Below are positions 33,466 through 41,745 of a DNA stretch of 64,000 nucleotides, piece after piece (the stretch's first letter is position 1; each line of letters opens with the position of its first letter). The notes beneath the pieces were generated by a model. That model saw only the letters and a list, made by a program, of their open reading frames with translations, made no database searches and was not told the origin of the DNA. The translations under genes were made by a program, and so were the position numbers. Source of the DNA: Paracoccaceae bacterium (GTDB lineage: Bacteria; Pseudomonadota; Alphaproteobacteria; Rhodobacterales; Rhodobacteraceae); the NCBI GenBank assembly GCA_035324325.1, contig DAOLBY010000001.1:4453-68452 (forward strand), given 5' to 3'.

Positions 33466-34437
33466 TCAGCCGCCGGCCCGGGTGGCGCGCAGCCAGCCCA
33501 GGAAGGCGCGGTCGGGGCTGCGCAGCCGCGGCCGGCCCGACCCGTCCCAGAAGCCGCGCCAGGCGGCGGCGAGGGCATGGACATCGGCGCCGGGGGCCAG
33601 CGCGCGGGCGGCATCCAGCGTCTCGGGCGCCAGATGCGGCCCCTCGCCGGGCAGCAGCACCGGCGCGCGCGGCGCCACGCGCAGGATGTCGCCGGGCATC
33701 TCCTCCAGCCGGTAGTCGGGCAGGCGGTCCTCGCGGATGATCTCGCGCAGCATGGCGCGGAAGACGCGCAGCGGGCTGGCCGAGCCCGACTTCTTGGCCA
33801 GCGTGGCGACCGAGACGCGCCATTCGGGCTGCCGGCCGCAATGCTTGCGCGACAGTTCGTAGATGCGCCGCTCCAGCGGCTTGCGCAGGCCGAAGTAGTC
33901 GCGGCTGAGCGTCAGCACCGAGCGCGACAGCACCGCCTGGAACAGCCAGTCCGACAGCGTGACCGAGACCGAGACCATGCGCCCGGCGCGGGTGCGGCGC
34001 ACGATCTCCCAGGCCTCGATCAGGCCGAAGCCGCTGGTGATCTCGGCCTCGCCGGTGACGATGTTGGTGGTGATGCGCGTGCCCACCAGCCGCTCGAAGG
34101 CCTCGCGCAGCCGGGCATAGCCGTCGCCCGAGGTCTCGCGGTGGGTGGCGGTCAGCAGGTCGTGCGCGGTCAGCGTCAGCCGGCGCGAGACGGCGCGGCC
34201 GGCGTTCAGCGCCGCCATCAGCTGGCTGATGCAGAAGATCAGGATGTCGGCATCGAAGATCGTCGCCCGGCCGCGCACCGAGGGGGTGACGGTGATCGAG
34301 CAGCCGTTGTGCTCGTAGCTGAGCACGCGGCGGTCGGGCCGGGTCGAGAGCGAGAAGAGCGGATGCTCCATCGAGGCGAGGTCGTGCTTGGGCACCGCCG
34401 CGAAGAGGTCGCAGACGAAGAAGTCCTGCGTCACCAC
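33466..34437 (-). CDS. repA: Plasmid replication initiator RepA (replication initiator protein A family)
   Basis: Family blocks FVCDLFAAVPKHDLASMEHPLFSLSTRPD..LSYEHNGCSITVTPSVRGRATIFDADILIFCISQL. The GTG at 34437 is preferred because the 69 codons up to the ATG at 34644 have clearly lower GC3 (about 83% versus about 97%) and are Arg/Gly-rich. The longer ORF 33466..34644 remains possible. Confidence 0.8.
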   Translation of the reverse strand: MVTQDFFVCDLFAAVPKHDLASMEHPLFSLSTRPDRRVLSYEHNGCSITVTPSVRGRATIFDADILIFCISQLMAALNAGRAVSRRLTLTAHDLLTATHRETSGDGYARLREAFERLVGTRITTNIVTGEAEITSGFGLIEAWEIVRRTRAGRMVSVSVTLSDWLFQAVLSRSVLTLSRDYFGLRKPLERRIYELSRKHCGRQPEWRVSVATLAKKSGSASPLRVFRAMLREIIREDRLPDYRLEEMPGDILRVAPRAPVLLPGEGPHLAPETLDAARALAPGADVHALAAAWRGFWDGSGRPRLRSPDRAFLGWLRATRAGG

Positions 34438-34659
34438 CGCCGGTGCCCGGCCGGCCGCCCGGCCCTCGGCGGTGCCCCCCGCCCGTGCGCTGCCCGTTGC
34501 GGAGGTGGATGCCACCCGCCCTGCCCCTTCCTGCCCCGGGGGCCGCCTCCGGCCCGTTTCCCCGCTCGCCTCCCGCAGCCGCGTGTGCGCGCGCGCGCCC
34601 CGGGGTTCCCCCCTTCGCCGGCCCGGCGGGATTCGTCGTTTCATTGACGCCCAGAGTAG

Positions 34660-34668
34660 TTATCCACA
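34660..34668 (+). promoter_or_regulatory. Consensus DnaA box TTATCCACA in the oriV region
   Basis: Exact 9-mer read at 34660-34668, upstream of repA. Confidence 0.7.
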
Positions 34669-34732
34669 GGCGCAGCGTCCAGCCTCGCGACCATCCGGGG
34701 CGGCGGCGGGGGGCCGGACCGGCGCCCCGATC

Positions 34733-34792
34733 GGGGGATCGGAGTCGCCTCGACGGGGGATCGGAGTCGCGTCATCGTGGGATCGGAATCGC
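34733..34792 (+). repeat. Three direct iteron-like repeats (oriV)
   Basis: GGGGGATCGGAGTCGC at 34733-34748 and 34755-34770, and GGGATCGGAATCGC at 34779-34792. Spacing is 22 and 24 bp. Each contains GATC and a GANTC site. Followed by an AT-rich patch GTAACAGACTAGATAACGCAGATCTAACGG at 34858-34887. Confidence 0.7.
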
Positions 34793-35001
34793 CCTGGCCC
34801 GGAACACCCCCGGAAAACCCTTGGCACTCAGGGAGATGACGGCAGGGCACGGCACCCGTAACAGACTAGATAACGCAGATCTAACGGCATGCAGGCGCCC
34901 GGGGGCTGCCGCTGCCCCCGGGCGGGGCGGCAGCGCGGCGGGCCAGGGCGGCAAGACTGCCGAGAAAAGCGGCACGGACCCCGGCCATGTCCGCTTTTTC
35001 C

Positions 35002-35051
35002 TTCCATGTATCGCGTTTTCCGGTATCTTGCCGGAAACGCGATACATGGAA
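35002..35051. promoter_or_regulatory. 21-bp inverted repeat upstream of parA (operator or centromere-like candidate)
   Basis: TTCCATGTATCGCGTTTTCCGG - TATCTTG - CCGGAAACGCGATACATGGAA. One extra T in the left arm. Ends 68 bp before the parA ATG. Confidence 0.55.
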
Positions 35052-35118
35052 GGAGATCGCGCATGGGGCGGCAGGCAGGAACGGGCAGGCGGGGCCTTGC
35101 GGCCGGGCGGCGGCGGCC

Positions 35119-36501
35119 ATGAGCATCGAGGCGCTTCCCCCCTATTTCAACATCGTGCCCGACCGGGCGCTGGCCGGGCTGGGGCCGCCGGCGGGCACCA
35201 CCGATCTGGCCGCCATCGCCGCCGCCTGCCGCCAGGGCCGCGAGGACCTGGCGGCGCGCGGGCTCGACGAGGCCGGGGCGCGGCGGCTGCGGCAGTTCTC
35301 GACCTGGGAGATCACCAAATACCTCATCCCGGTGGCGCCGGCGCATTTCCGTCGGGTGCTGCGGCTCAACCCCGACCTGCCGCAGGGCCGCAGCGAGACC
35401 GAGGGCGGCATGCGCTGGTTCACCCTCGACGAGGTGCTGCGGCTGCGGGCGCATTTCGGCGCCGAGGGGTCGAAGGCCAAGGAATACCTGCCCTACCGGC
35501 CGCGCGGCCTGCCGGCCAAGATCGTCGCCGTGGCCAATTTCAAGGGCGGCGTCGGCAAGACCTCGACGGCGGCGCATCTGGCGATGTCGGCCGCGCTCGA
35601 CGGCTACCGGGTGCTGGTCGTCGACCTCGACAGCCAGGGCTCGATGTCCTCGATCTTCGGCGCCCGGGTGGCCGACGAATGGGGCACGGTGTTTCCGCTG
35701 ATCGCGCGCCACTACGCCGAGGCGCTGCGCGCCGAGAACCAGCGCCGCATCGACCGGGGCGAGGCGCCGCAGCCGCTCGACGACACGCTGGCCGAGGCGC
35801 TGAAGCTCGGGGTCGGGGATGTCATCCGCCCCACCCACTGGCCCAACATCGACCTCATCGGGGCGCAGCTCAACCTCTACTGGGCCGAGTTCCAGATCCC
35901 CGTCTGGCGCATGGCCTCGCGCGGCTGGAAGCTGTGGGACGCGCTGACCGAGATGCTGGCCGCCGGCGGGGTGCTCGACCGCTACGACCTCGTCTTCCTC
36001 GATACCCCGCCGGCGCTCGGCTACCTGACGATCAACGGGCTGGCGGCGGCCGACATCCTGCTCGTGCCCTTCGGCGCCTCCTTCCTGGAGTTCGATTCCA
36101 CCGGGCGCTTCTTCGACATGCTGCATGCCACCTTCGCCTCGATCGAGGAGGGCGAGAACATCGCCGCCCGCGCCCTCGGCCGGCCCGAGCTGCGCTTCGA
36201 ATGGGACGCGGTGCGCGCCGTGATCACCCGCTACGACGCCAGCCAGCAGGCCGAGATGGCGGGGCTGATCCAGGCCTGGATGGGGCGCATCCTGTCGCCG
36301 CACCGGCAGGACTTCACTGCCCTGATCGGCCAGGCCGGCGAGCAGGTGCACGGCATCTACGAGGCCGACTACCGCGACTTCAACCGCGAGACCTATGCCC
36401 GCGGGCGCGAGACCTTCGACCAGACCTATGCCGCCTTCAAGACGCTGCTCCTGGGCATCTGGCGGCGCGAGGAACTGGCGGCCGGACGGGCGGCGGAATG
36501 A
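35119..36501 (+). CDS. parA: ParA-family partition ATPase with N-terminal extension
   Basis: ATG 35119 (MSIEALPPYFN...). Deviant Walker A VANFKGGVGKTSTAAHL, plus VVDLDSQGS and LVFLDTPPALG. Confidence 0.9.
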   Translation: MSIEALPPYFNIVPDRALAGLGPPAGTTDLAAIAAACRQGREDLAARGLDEAGARRLRQFSTWEITKYLIPVAPAHFRRVLRLNPDLPQGRSETEGGMRWFTLDEVLRLRAHFGAEGSKAKEYLPYRPRGLPAKIVAVANFKGGVGKTSTAAHLAMSAALDGYRVLVVDLDSQGSMSSIFGARVADEWGTVFPLIARHYAEALRAENQRRIDRGEAPQPLDDTLAEALKLGVGDVIRPTHWPNIDLIGAQLNLYWAEFQIPVWRMASRGWKLWDALTEMLAAGGVLDRYDLVFLDTPPALGYLTINGLAAADILLVPFGASFLEFDSTGRFFDMLHATFASIEEGENIAARALGRPELRFEWDAVRAVITRYDASQQAEMAGLIQAWMGRILSPHRQDFTALIGQAGEQVHGIYEADYRDFNRETYARGRETFDQTYAAFKTLLLGIWRREELAAGRAAE

Positions 36502-36520
36502 GCCGCCCGGCGGCGCCCCC

Positions 36521-36536
36521 GTTTCGCGCGCGAAAC
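36521..36536. promoter_or_regulatory. 16-bp perfect palindrome GTTTCGCGCGCGAAAC, copy 1 (parS-like)
   Basis: Read directly. Lies 20 bp after the parA stop and upstream of parB. Confidence 0.6.
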
Positions 36537-36694
36537 ATGCGCCGTCCCCTGCCCCGCGTCCTGCTGCCCGTCCTGCCGCGCCTCCCGGGCCGGCCGCCGT
36601 CTTCGCCCGATCTTCACCTCCGGCCCCGCAGTCTCGGCGCCCGACCCGCCGCAGGAGACCGCAGATGCGCCGCAACCGGAAAGGCCGAACCGCC

Positions 36695-37771
36695 ATGGCC
36701 CGCCGCCGCCTGACCCCCGCCCGCACCGATCTTGCCCTGCCCGAGGCCCGGCCCCCCGCGCCGGCCGCCGCCGCGGCGCTGATCGGCGCGCCGATCGCGC
36801 GCGTCGCCGGCGAGGCCGCGGCCACCGCGGCGCTGCACGAGGTCTCGGCCGAACTGGCCGCGGCGCGGTCCGAGGGGCGGCTGGTGCTGCGCCTGCCGCT
36901 CGCGGCGGTCGAGACCGGCTGGCTGATGCGCGACCGCGCCGGCATCGACGAGGAGGACCTGGCGCCGCTGCTCGCCTCGCTGGCCGCGCATGGCCAGCGC
37001 ACCCCGGTCGAGGTGGCCGAGATCGGCCCCGGGCGCTACGGGCTGATCTCGGGCTGGCGGCGGATGACGGCGCTGGCGCGGCTGCGGGCCGAGACCGGCG
37101 AGGCGCGCTTCGGCGAGGTGCTGGCGCTGCTGCGCCGGCCCGAGGGCGCCGGCGCGGCCTATGTCGCCATGGTCGAGGAGAACGAGATCCGGCTGGGGCT
37201 GAGCCATTACGAGCGCGCCCGCATCGTCGCCCGGGCCGCCGAGGGCGGCGTCTTCGAGACCGACCGCGCGGCGCTGCAGGCGCTCTTTGCCGCCGCCAGC
37301 CGGGCCCGGCGCTCCAAGATCGGCTCGTTCCTGGCCATCGTGCGGGCGCTCGACCCGGTGCTGCGCTTCCCCGCCGCGATCCCCGAACGCCTGGGCCTGG
37401 CGCTGGCGCGCTGGATCGAGACCGCGCCGGCGGCGGCGGCGCGGCTGGCCGCCGAGCTGGCCGCCGATCCCGCCCCCGATGCCGCCGCCGAACTGGCGCG
37501 GCTGGCGGCGGCGCTGCGCCCCGGTGCCGCCGCGGGTCCCTCTCCCGGCCCCTCCCCCGGGGCGGCGGCCGGGCCGGGGACGGAGGACGGGACGGCGCCG
37601 GGGGGCGGGACCGGTGACGAAGCCCGCACCGAGGGGGCGGTGGAACTGCGCCCCGGGCTCTGGCTGCGCGCCGAGGGCGGCTTCCTGCGGCCGCGGCTGA
37701 CGCTCTGGGGGCCGGCGCTCGACCCGGGGCTGCGCGAGCGGCTGGAACACTGGCTGCGCGATGGCGGCTGA
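36695..37771 (+). CDS. parB: ParB-family partition protein
   Basis: ATG 36695 is preceded by GGAAAGG; an alternative ATG is at 36665. ParB N-domain features RTPVEVAEIGPGRYGLISGWRRMTALARL and ENEIRLGLSHYERA. Confidence 0.85.
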   Translation: MARRRLTPARTDLALPEARPPAPAAAAALIGAPIARVAGEAAATAALHEVSAELAAARSEGRLVLRLPLAAVETGWLMRDRAGIDEEDLAPLLASLAAHGQRTPVEVAEIGPGRYGLISGWRRMTALARLRAETGEARFGEVLALLRRPEGAGAAYVAMVEENEIRLGLSHYERARIVARAAEGGVFETDRAALQALFAAASRARRSKIGSFLAIVRALDPVLRFPAAIPERLGLALARWIETAPAAAARLAAELAADPAPDAAAELARLAAALRPGAAAGPSPGPSPGAAAGPGTEDGTAPGGGTGDEARTEGAVELRPGLWLRAEGGFLRPRLTLWGPALDPGLRERLEHWLRDGG

Positions 37772-37785
37772 GCGGGGCCGGCGAT

Positions 37786-37801
37786 GTTTCGCGCGCGAAA
37801 C
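37786..37801. promoter_or_regulatory. 16-bp perfect palindrome GTTTCGCGCGCGAAAC, copy 2 (parS-like)
   Basis: Read directly. Lies 15 bp after the parB stop. Confidence 0.6.
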
Positions 37802-37960
37802 GCGGCCCGCGCGGGATCCGGCGCCCCGATCGCCGCTTTCGGCGAACAATCGCCCGGGTTTCGTCAGGATTTGTTTCCACCCCCGTGATAGATCCTGCCA
37901 CCTGCGATATGACTGCTGCTGCGCCACCCGTCCCGTTCTCCAGCCGATGACATCCCGCCG

Positions 37961-39718
37961 ATGACCAGAACCTCCCCCGCCGCCCAGGGGCCGGGCCCTG
38001 CCCCCGGACCGGAGGAGCTGCGCGCCGCGCGCGGCAGCGGCCGGGTGCTGATCTTCTGGGCCTTCGTCTTCTCGGTCTTCGTCAACCTGCTGATGCTGAC
38101 CGGCCCGCTCTACATGCTGCAGGTCTACGACCGGGTGCTCGCGTCGCGCTCGGTGGCGACGCTGGTGGCGCTGTCGATCCTGGCGGCGATGCTCTACGCG
38201 CTGATGGCGGTGCTCGACTTCGCCCGCGGCCGCGTCATGGGCCGGGTGGGCGCGCGGTTCCAGAGCGCGCTCGACGCCCGCGTCTTCGAGGCCTCGCTGC
38301 GCCGCGGGCAGCAGCCGCGCGACCGGGCGGCCGCGGCGGCCGCGGGGCGCGACCTCGACGCGGTGCAGACCTTCCTGACCTCGCCAGTGCTGCTGGCGGT
38401 GATGGACATGCCCTGGACCCCGGTCTTCATCGCCGCGATCTTCCTGTTCCACCCGATGCTCGGCTGGCTGGCGGTGGCCGGCGGGGTGGTGCTGGTGGCG
38501 CTGACCCTGATCGGCCAGGTCGCCGGGGCGGGCCGCGTGCGCCAGGCGCAGATGGCGACCCAGGCCTCGCATGCCTTCGCCGACGAGGCGCGCGCCGGGT
38601 CCGAACTGCTGCTGACCCAGGGCCTGCGCCGCAGCATGACGCGCCGCTGGGTCGACCGCCGCGCCGATGCCCTGGCGCGCAGCATGGCCTCGGCGGATCT
38701 GACCGGGGGCCTGACCTCGCTGACCAAGTCCTTCCGGCTGTTCCTGCAGTCGGCGATGCTGGGCCTCGGCGCCTTCTACGTGCTGCGGGGCGAGATGACG
38801 CCGGGTTCGATGATCGCCGGCTCGATCCTGATGGGCCGGGCGATGGCGCCGATCGAGCAGGCGATGGGGCAATGGCCGGTGCTGCAGCGCGCCCGCGCCG
38901 GCTGGGACGCGCTCGGCCGCTTCCTGGCGCAGGTGCCGCCGCCGGCGCTGCGCACCGAACTGCCGGTGCCGCGGGCGCATCTGGCGGTCTCGGGCCTCGT
39001 GGTGGTGCCGCCGGGCACCCGCACCCCGGTGCTGCGCAACGTCACCTTCCAGGTCCAGCCGGGCCAGGCGCTCGGGGTCATCGGGCGGTCGGGCTCGGGC
39101 AAGTCGACGCTGGCGCGGGCGCTGCTCGGCTACTGGCCGGCGGCCTCGGGCGAGATCCGGCTGGACGGCGCCACGCTCGACCAGTACGACCCCGAGCGGC
39201 TGGGCCAGCACATCGGCTACCTGCCGCAGACGGTGACGCTGTTCTCGGGCACGGTGGCCGAGAACATCGCCCGGATGGCGGCGCGCCCCGATCCCGAGGC
39301 GGTGATCGCCGCCGCCCAGGCCGCCAATGCCCACGAGATGATCCCCCGCCTGCCCGAGGGCTACGACACGATGCTGACCGGGCAGGAAAGCCAGCTTTCG
39401 GGCGGCCAGCGCCAGCGCATCGCCCTGGCGCGGGCGCTCTACGGCGATCCGGTGCTGCTGATCCTCGACGAGCCCAATTCGGCGCTCGACGCCGAGGGAT
39501 CCGAGGCGCTGAACCGCGCGGTGCGCCGCTTCAAGTCGGCGGGCAAGGCGGTCATCATCATGACGCACCGGCCGATGGCGATCGCCGAATGCGACCAGCT
39601 CATGGTGGTCGAGAACGGCGCGGTGGCCGCCCTCGGGCCGCGCGACGAGGTGATGGACCGGATGCTGGCCAATGCCGGCCCCGTGCAGCAGACGCTGCGC
39701 TCGCGCGAGGTGATCTGA
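37961..39718 (+). CDS. Type I secretion system ABC permease/ATPase (PrtD/AprD type, no C39 domain)
   Basis: 585-aa ORF. Motifs LMLTGPLYMLQVYDRVL, Walker A GRSGSGKST, LSGGQRQR, LLILDEPNSALD. Confidence 0.9.
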   Translation: MTRTSPAAQGPGPAPGPEELRAARGSGRVLIFWAFVFSVFVNLLMLTGPLYMLQVYDRVLASRSVATLVALSILAAMLYALMAVLDFARGRVMGRVGARFQSALDARVFEASLRRGQQPRDRAAAAAAGRDLDAVQTFLTSPVLLAVMDMPWTPVFIAAIFLFHPMLGWLAVAGGVVLVALTLIGQVAGAGRVRQAQMATQASHAFADEARAGSELLLTQGLRRSMTRRWVDRRADALARSMASADLTGGLTSLTKSFRLFLQSAMLGLGAFYVLRGEMTPGSMIAGSILMGRAMAPIEQAMGQWPVLQRARAGWDALGRFLAQVPPPALRTELPVPRAHLAVSGLVVVPPGTRTPVLRNVTFQVQPGQALGVIGRSGSGKSTLARALLGYWPAASGEIRLDGATLDQYDPERLGQHIGYLPQTVTLFSGTVAENIARMAARPDPEAVIAAAQAANAHEMIPRLPEGYDTMLTGQESQLSGGQRQRIALARALYGDPVLLILDEPNSALDAEGSEALNRAVRRFKSAGKAVIIMTHRPMAIAECDQLMVVENGAVAALGPRDEVMDRMLANAGPVQQTLRSREVI

Positions 39719-39719
39719 G

Positions 39720-41531
39720 ATGACGCAGCCCCCCGATCCCCGGGCCGGATCCGCCGCGGCGGTGCCGCCACGGCCGTCCGCCGGCACCCTGCCCGACCGC
39801 GCCCTGCCCGACCGCGCTCCGGGGCCGGCCCCGTCACCGGCCGCGTCCCGCGGCGACCACCCGCCCCTGCCCCGCACCGTCCCGCAGGCGCCGGCCCGGC
39901 CCGGCCCCCCGGGCCAGCCCGCCGCAGCGGGGGCCGCGGCGAAACCCGGACCCGCCGCCGCGCCGGCGCCGCCGCCGCCCTCCCCCGCGGTCTCCGGCTC
40001 CGCCCCGGCGGGCCAGGCGGCGCGGATGCAGACACGGATGCAGACACGGATGCAGACGGGCACCCCGGCCTCGCGCCTGCCGCCCGCCGCCCCGCCGCCC
40101 GGCCCCCCCGGCGGTTCGGGCGGCCCCGGCGGTCCGGGGCAGGGCGGTCCGGGGCAGGGCGGCTCCGGCTCCGGCGGTTCCGGCCCGGGCGACACCGCCG
40201 AGGCCCCGCTGCGGATGCCGCCGCCGATGGCCACCGCGATCCCGCCGCCGGCGGAATGGAGCGCGCGCGGCGCGCTCTCGTCGGGCATCGCGGCGCTGGT
40301 GCTGCTGGTCGGCGGGCTCGGCTTCTGGGGCAGCCAGGCCGAGATCTCGGGCGCGGTGCTGGCCTCGGGGATGATCCAGGTCGAATCCAACCGCCAGGTG
40401 ATCCAGCATCCCGACGGCGGCGTGGTCGCCGCCATCCTCGTCAAGGAGGGCGACACGGTGGCGCCGGGCGACGTGCTGATCCGGCTCGACGGGTCGCGGA
40501 TCCAGTCCGAACTGGCGATCGTCGAGGGCCAGCTGCGCGAGATCGCGGCCCGCCAGGCGCGGCTCGAGGCCGAGCGCGACGCCGCCGGCGAGATCGTCTT
40601 TCCCGCCGAACTGCTGGCCACCGCCACCCCCGAGATGCGCCGCCAGGTCGAGGGCGAGCAGGCGCTGTTCGCCGCCCGCAACGAGGCGCTGGCCCAGCAG
40701 GAGGCGCTGCTGGCCGAGCAGAACGCCCAGATCGGCAACCGCATCGCCGGCACCGAGGCGCAGATCGAGGCGCTGCGCACCCAGGGCGGGCTGATCGGGC
40801 GCGAGCTCGAGGACCAGCAGCGGCTCTACGACCAGCGCCTGGCCCCGGCCGGCCGGCTGCTCGAACTGCAGCGCGAGGAGGCCGGGATCCGCGGCCAGAT
40901 CGGCCGGCTCGAGGCCGAGATCGCCGAATTGCGCGGCCAGTCCGCCGCCAACGGCATCCAGCTCGTGCAGCTCAAGACGCAGCGCCGCGAGGAGGCGGTG
41001 GCGACGCTGCGTGACCTGCAGTTCCGCGAGGTCGAACTGGCCGAGCGCCGGCTGGTGCTGACCGAGACGCTGTCGCGGCTCGAGGTGCGCGCGCCGGTCG
41101 GCGGCATCGTCTACAACAGCCAGATCTTCGCGCTGCAATCGGTGGTGCAGCCGGCGCAGGCGATCATGTTCATCGTGCCGCAGGACCAGCCGATGGTGAT
41201 CCAGGCCCGGATCGAGGCGATCAGCATCGACGAGGTGCGGCCGGGGCAGGAGGCCTCGCTGCGCTTTGCCGCCTTCGACCAGCGCCGGGTGCCCGAACTC
41301 TTCGGCGCGGTGACGCGGATCGCCGCCGATGTCTCGCAGGACGAGGCGACGGGGATGCACTACTACGCCGTCGAGGTCGCGCCCTGGCCCGAGGAACTCG
41401 ACAAGCTCGGCGACCATGTGCTGCTGCCGGGCATGCCGGTCGAGATCTTCCTCAAGACCGGCGACCGCACGGCGCTGGCCTACCTGGTGCAGCCGCTTAC
41501 CGCCTTCTTCGACCGCGCCTTCCGCGAATAG
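39720..41531 (+). CDS. HlyD-family T1SS periplasmic adaptor with ~190-aa Pro/Ala/Gly-rich N-terminal extension
   Basis: ATG 39720 is 1 nt after the ABC stop (TGAGATG). The core is from ALVLLVGGLGFWGSQAEISGAVLASGMIQVE... with coiled-coil and beta-barrel regions, ending in LVQPLTAFFDRAFRE. The extension has high GC3, so it is probably translated. Confidence 0.9.
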   Translation: MTQPPDPRAGSAAAVPPRPSAGTLPDRALPDRAPGPAPSPAASRGDHPPLPRTVPQAPARPGPPGQPAAAGAAAKPGPAAAPAPPPPSPAVSGSAPAGQAARMQTRMQTRMQTGTPASRLPPAAPPPGPPGGSGGPGGPGQGGPGQGGSGSGGSGPGDTAEAPLRMPPPMATAIPPPAEWSARGALSSGIAALVLLVGGLGFWGSQAEISGAVLASGMIQVESNRQVIQHPDGGVVAAILVKEGDTVAPGDVLIRLDGSRIQSELAIVEGQLREIAARQARLEAERDAAGEIVFPAELLATATPEMRRQVEGEQALFAARNEALAQQEALLAEQNAQIGNRIAGTEAQIEALRTQGGLIGRELEDQQRLYDQRLAPAGRLLELQREEAGIRGQIGRLEAEIAELRGQSAANGIQLVQLKTQRREEAVATLRDLQFREVELAERRLVLTETLSRLEVRAPVGGIVYNSQIFALQSVVQPAQAIMFIVPQDQPMVIQARIEAISIDEVRPGQEASLRFAAFDQRRVPELFGAVTRIAADVSQDEATGMHYYAVEVAPWPEELDKLGDHVLLPGMPVEIFLKTGDRTALAYLVQPLTAFFDRAFRE

Positions 41532-41745
41532 CCGCGCCGCCCTCGCCCCCCCGGGCCGCGGCGGGACGCGGCGGGGGGAGCGCGGCGGGCGCGGTGGCGC
41601 AGCCGGGCAACACCCGGCGCGGAATCGCGCCCGCCGCGGCCCGGGGGCCGCAGGCTCTGCTAGACTTCGCGCCGGGCCGCCCGGGACGGGGGAAAACCTC
41701 CGCGCGGATGGCGGCCCGAGGCGTTGGAAGAGCAGGACAGGCCGC

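Noticed and set aside
34438-34644. The N-terminal 69 codons of the maximal repA ORF (MKRRIPPGRRRGEPRG...).
   Set aside because: - GC3 is clearly lower than in the rest of repA.
- The sequence is Arg/Gly-rich without family similarity.
- The ATG would sit only 16 nt from the DnaA box.
- The downstream GTG is preferred, although the longer form cannot be excluded without homologue alignment.
35063-35122. 19-codon leader ORF (MGRQAGTGRRGLAAGRRRP) with an SD GGAAGGAG and an ATGA overlap onto the parA start.
   Set aside because: - The peptide is Arg/Gly junk-like.
- The SD-like motif is part of the inverted-repeat arm.
- Chance ORFs of this size are common here, so it is kept only as a remote possibility.
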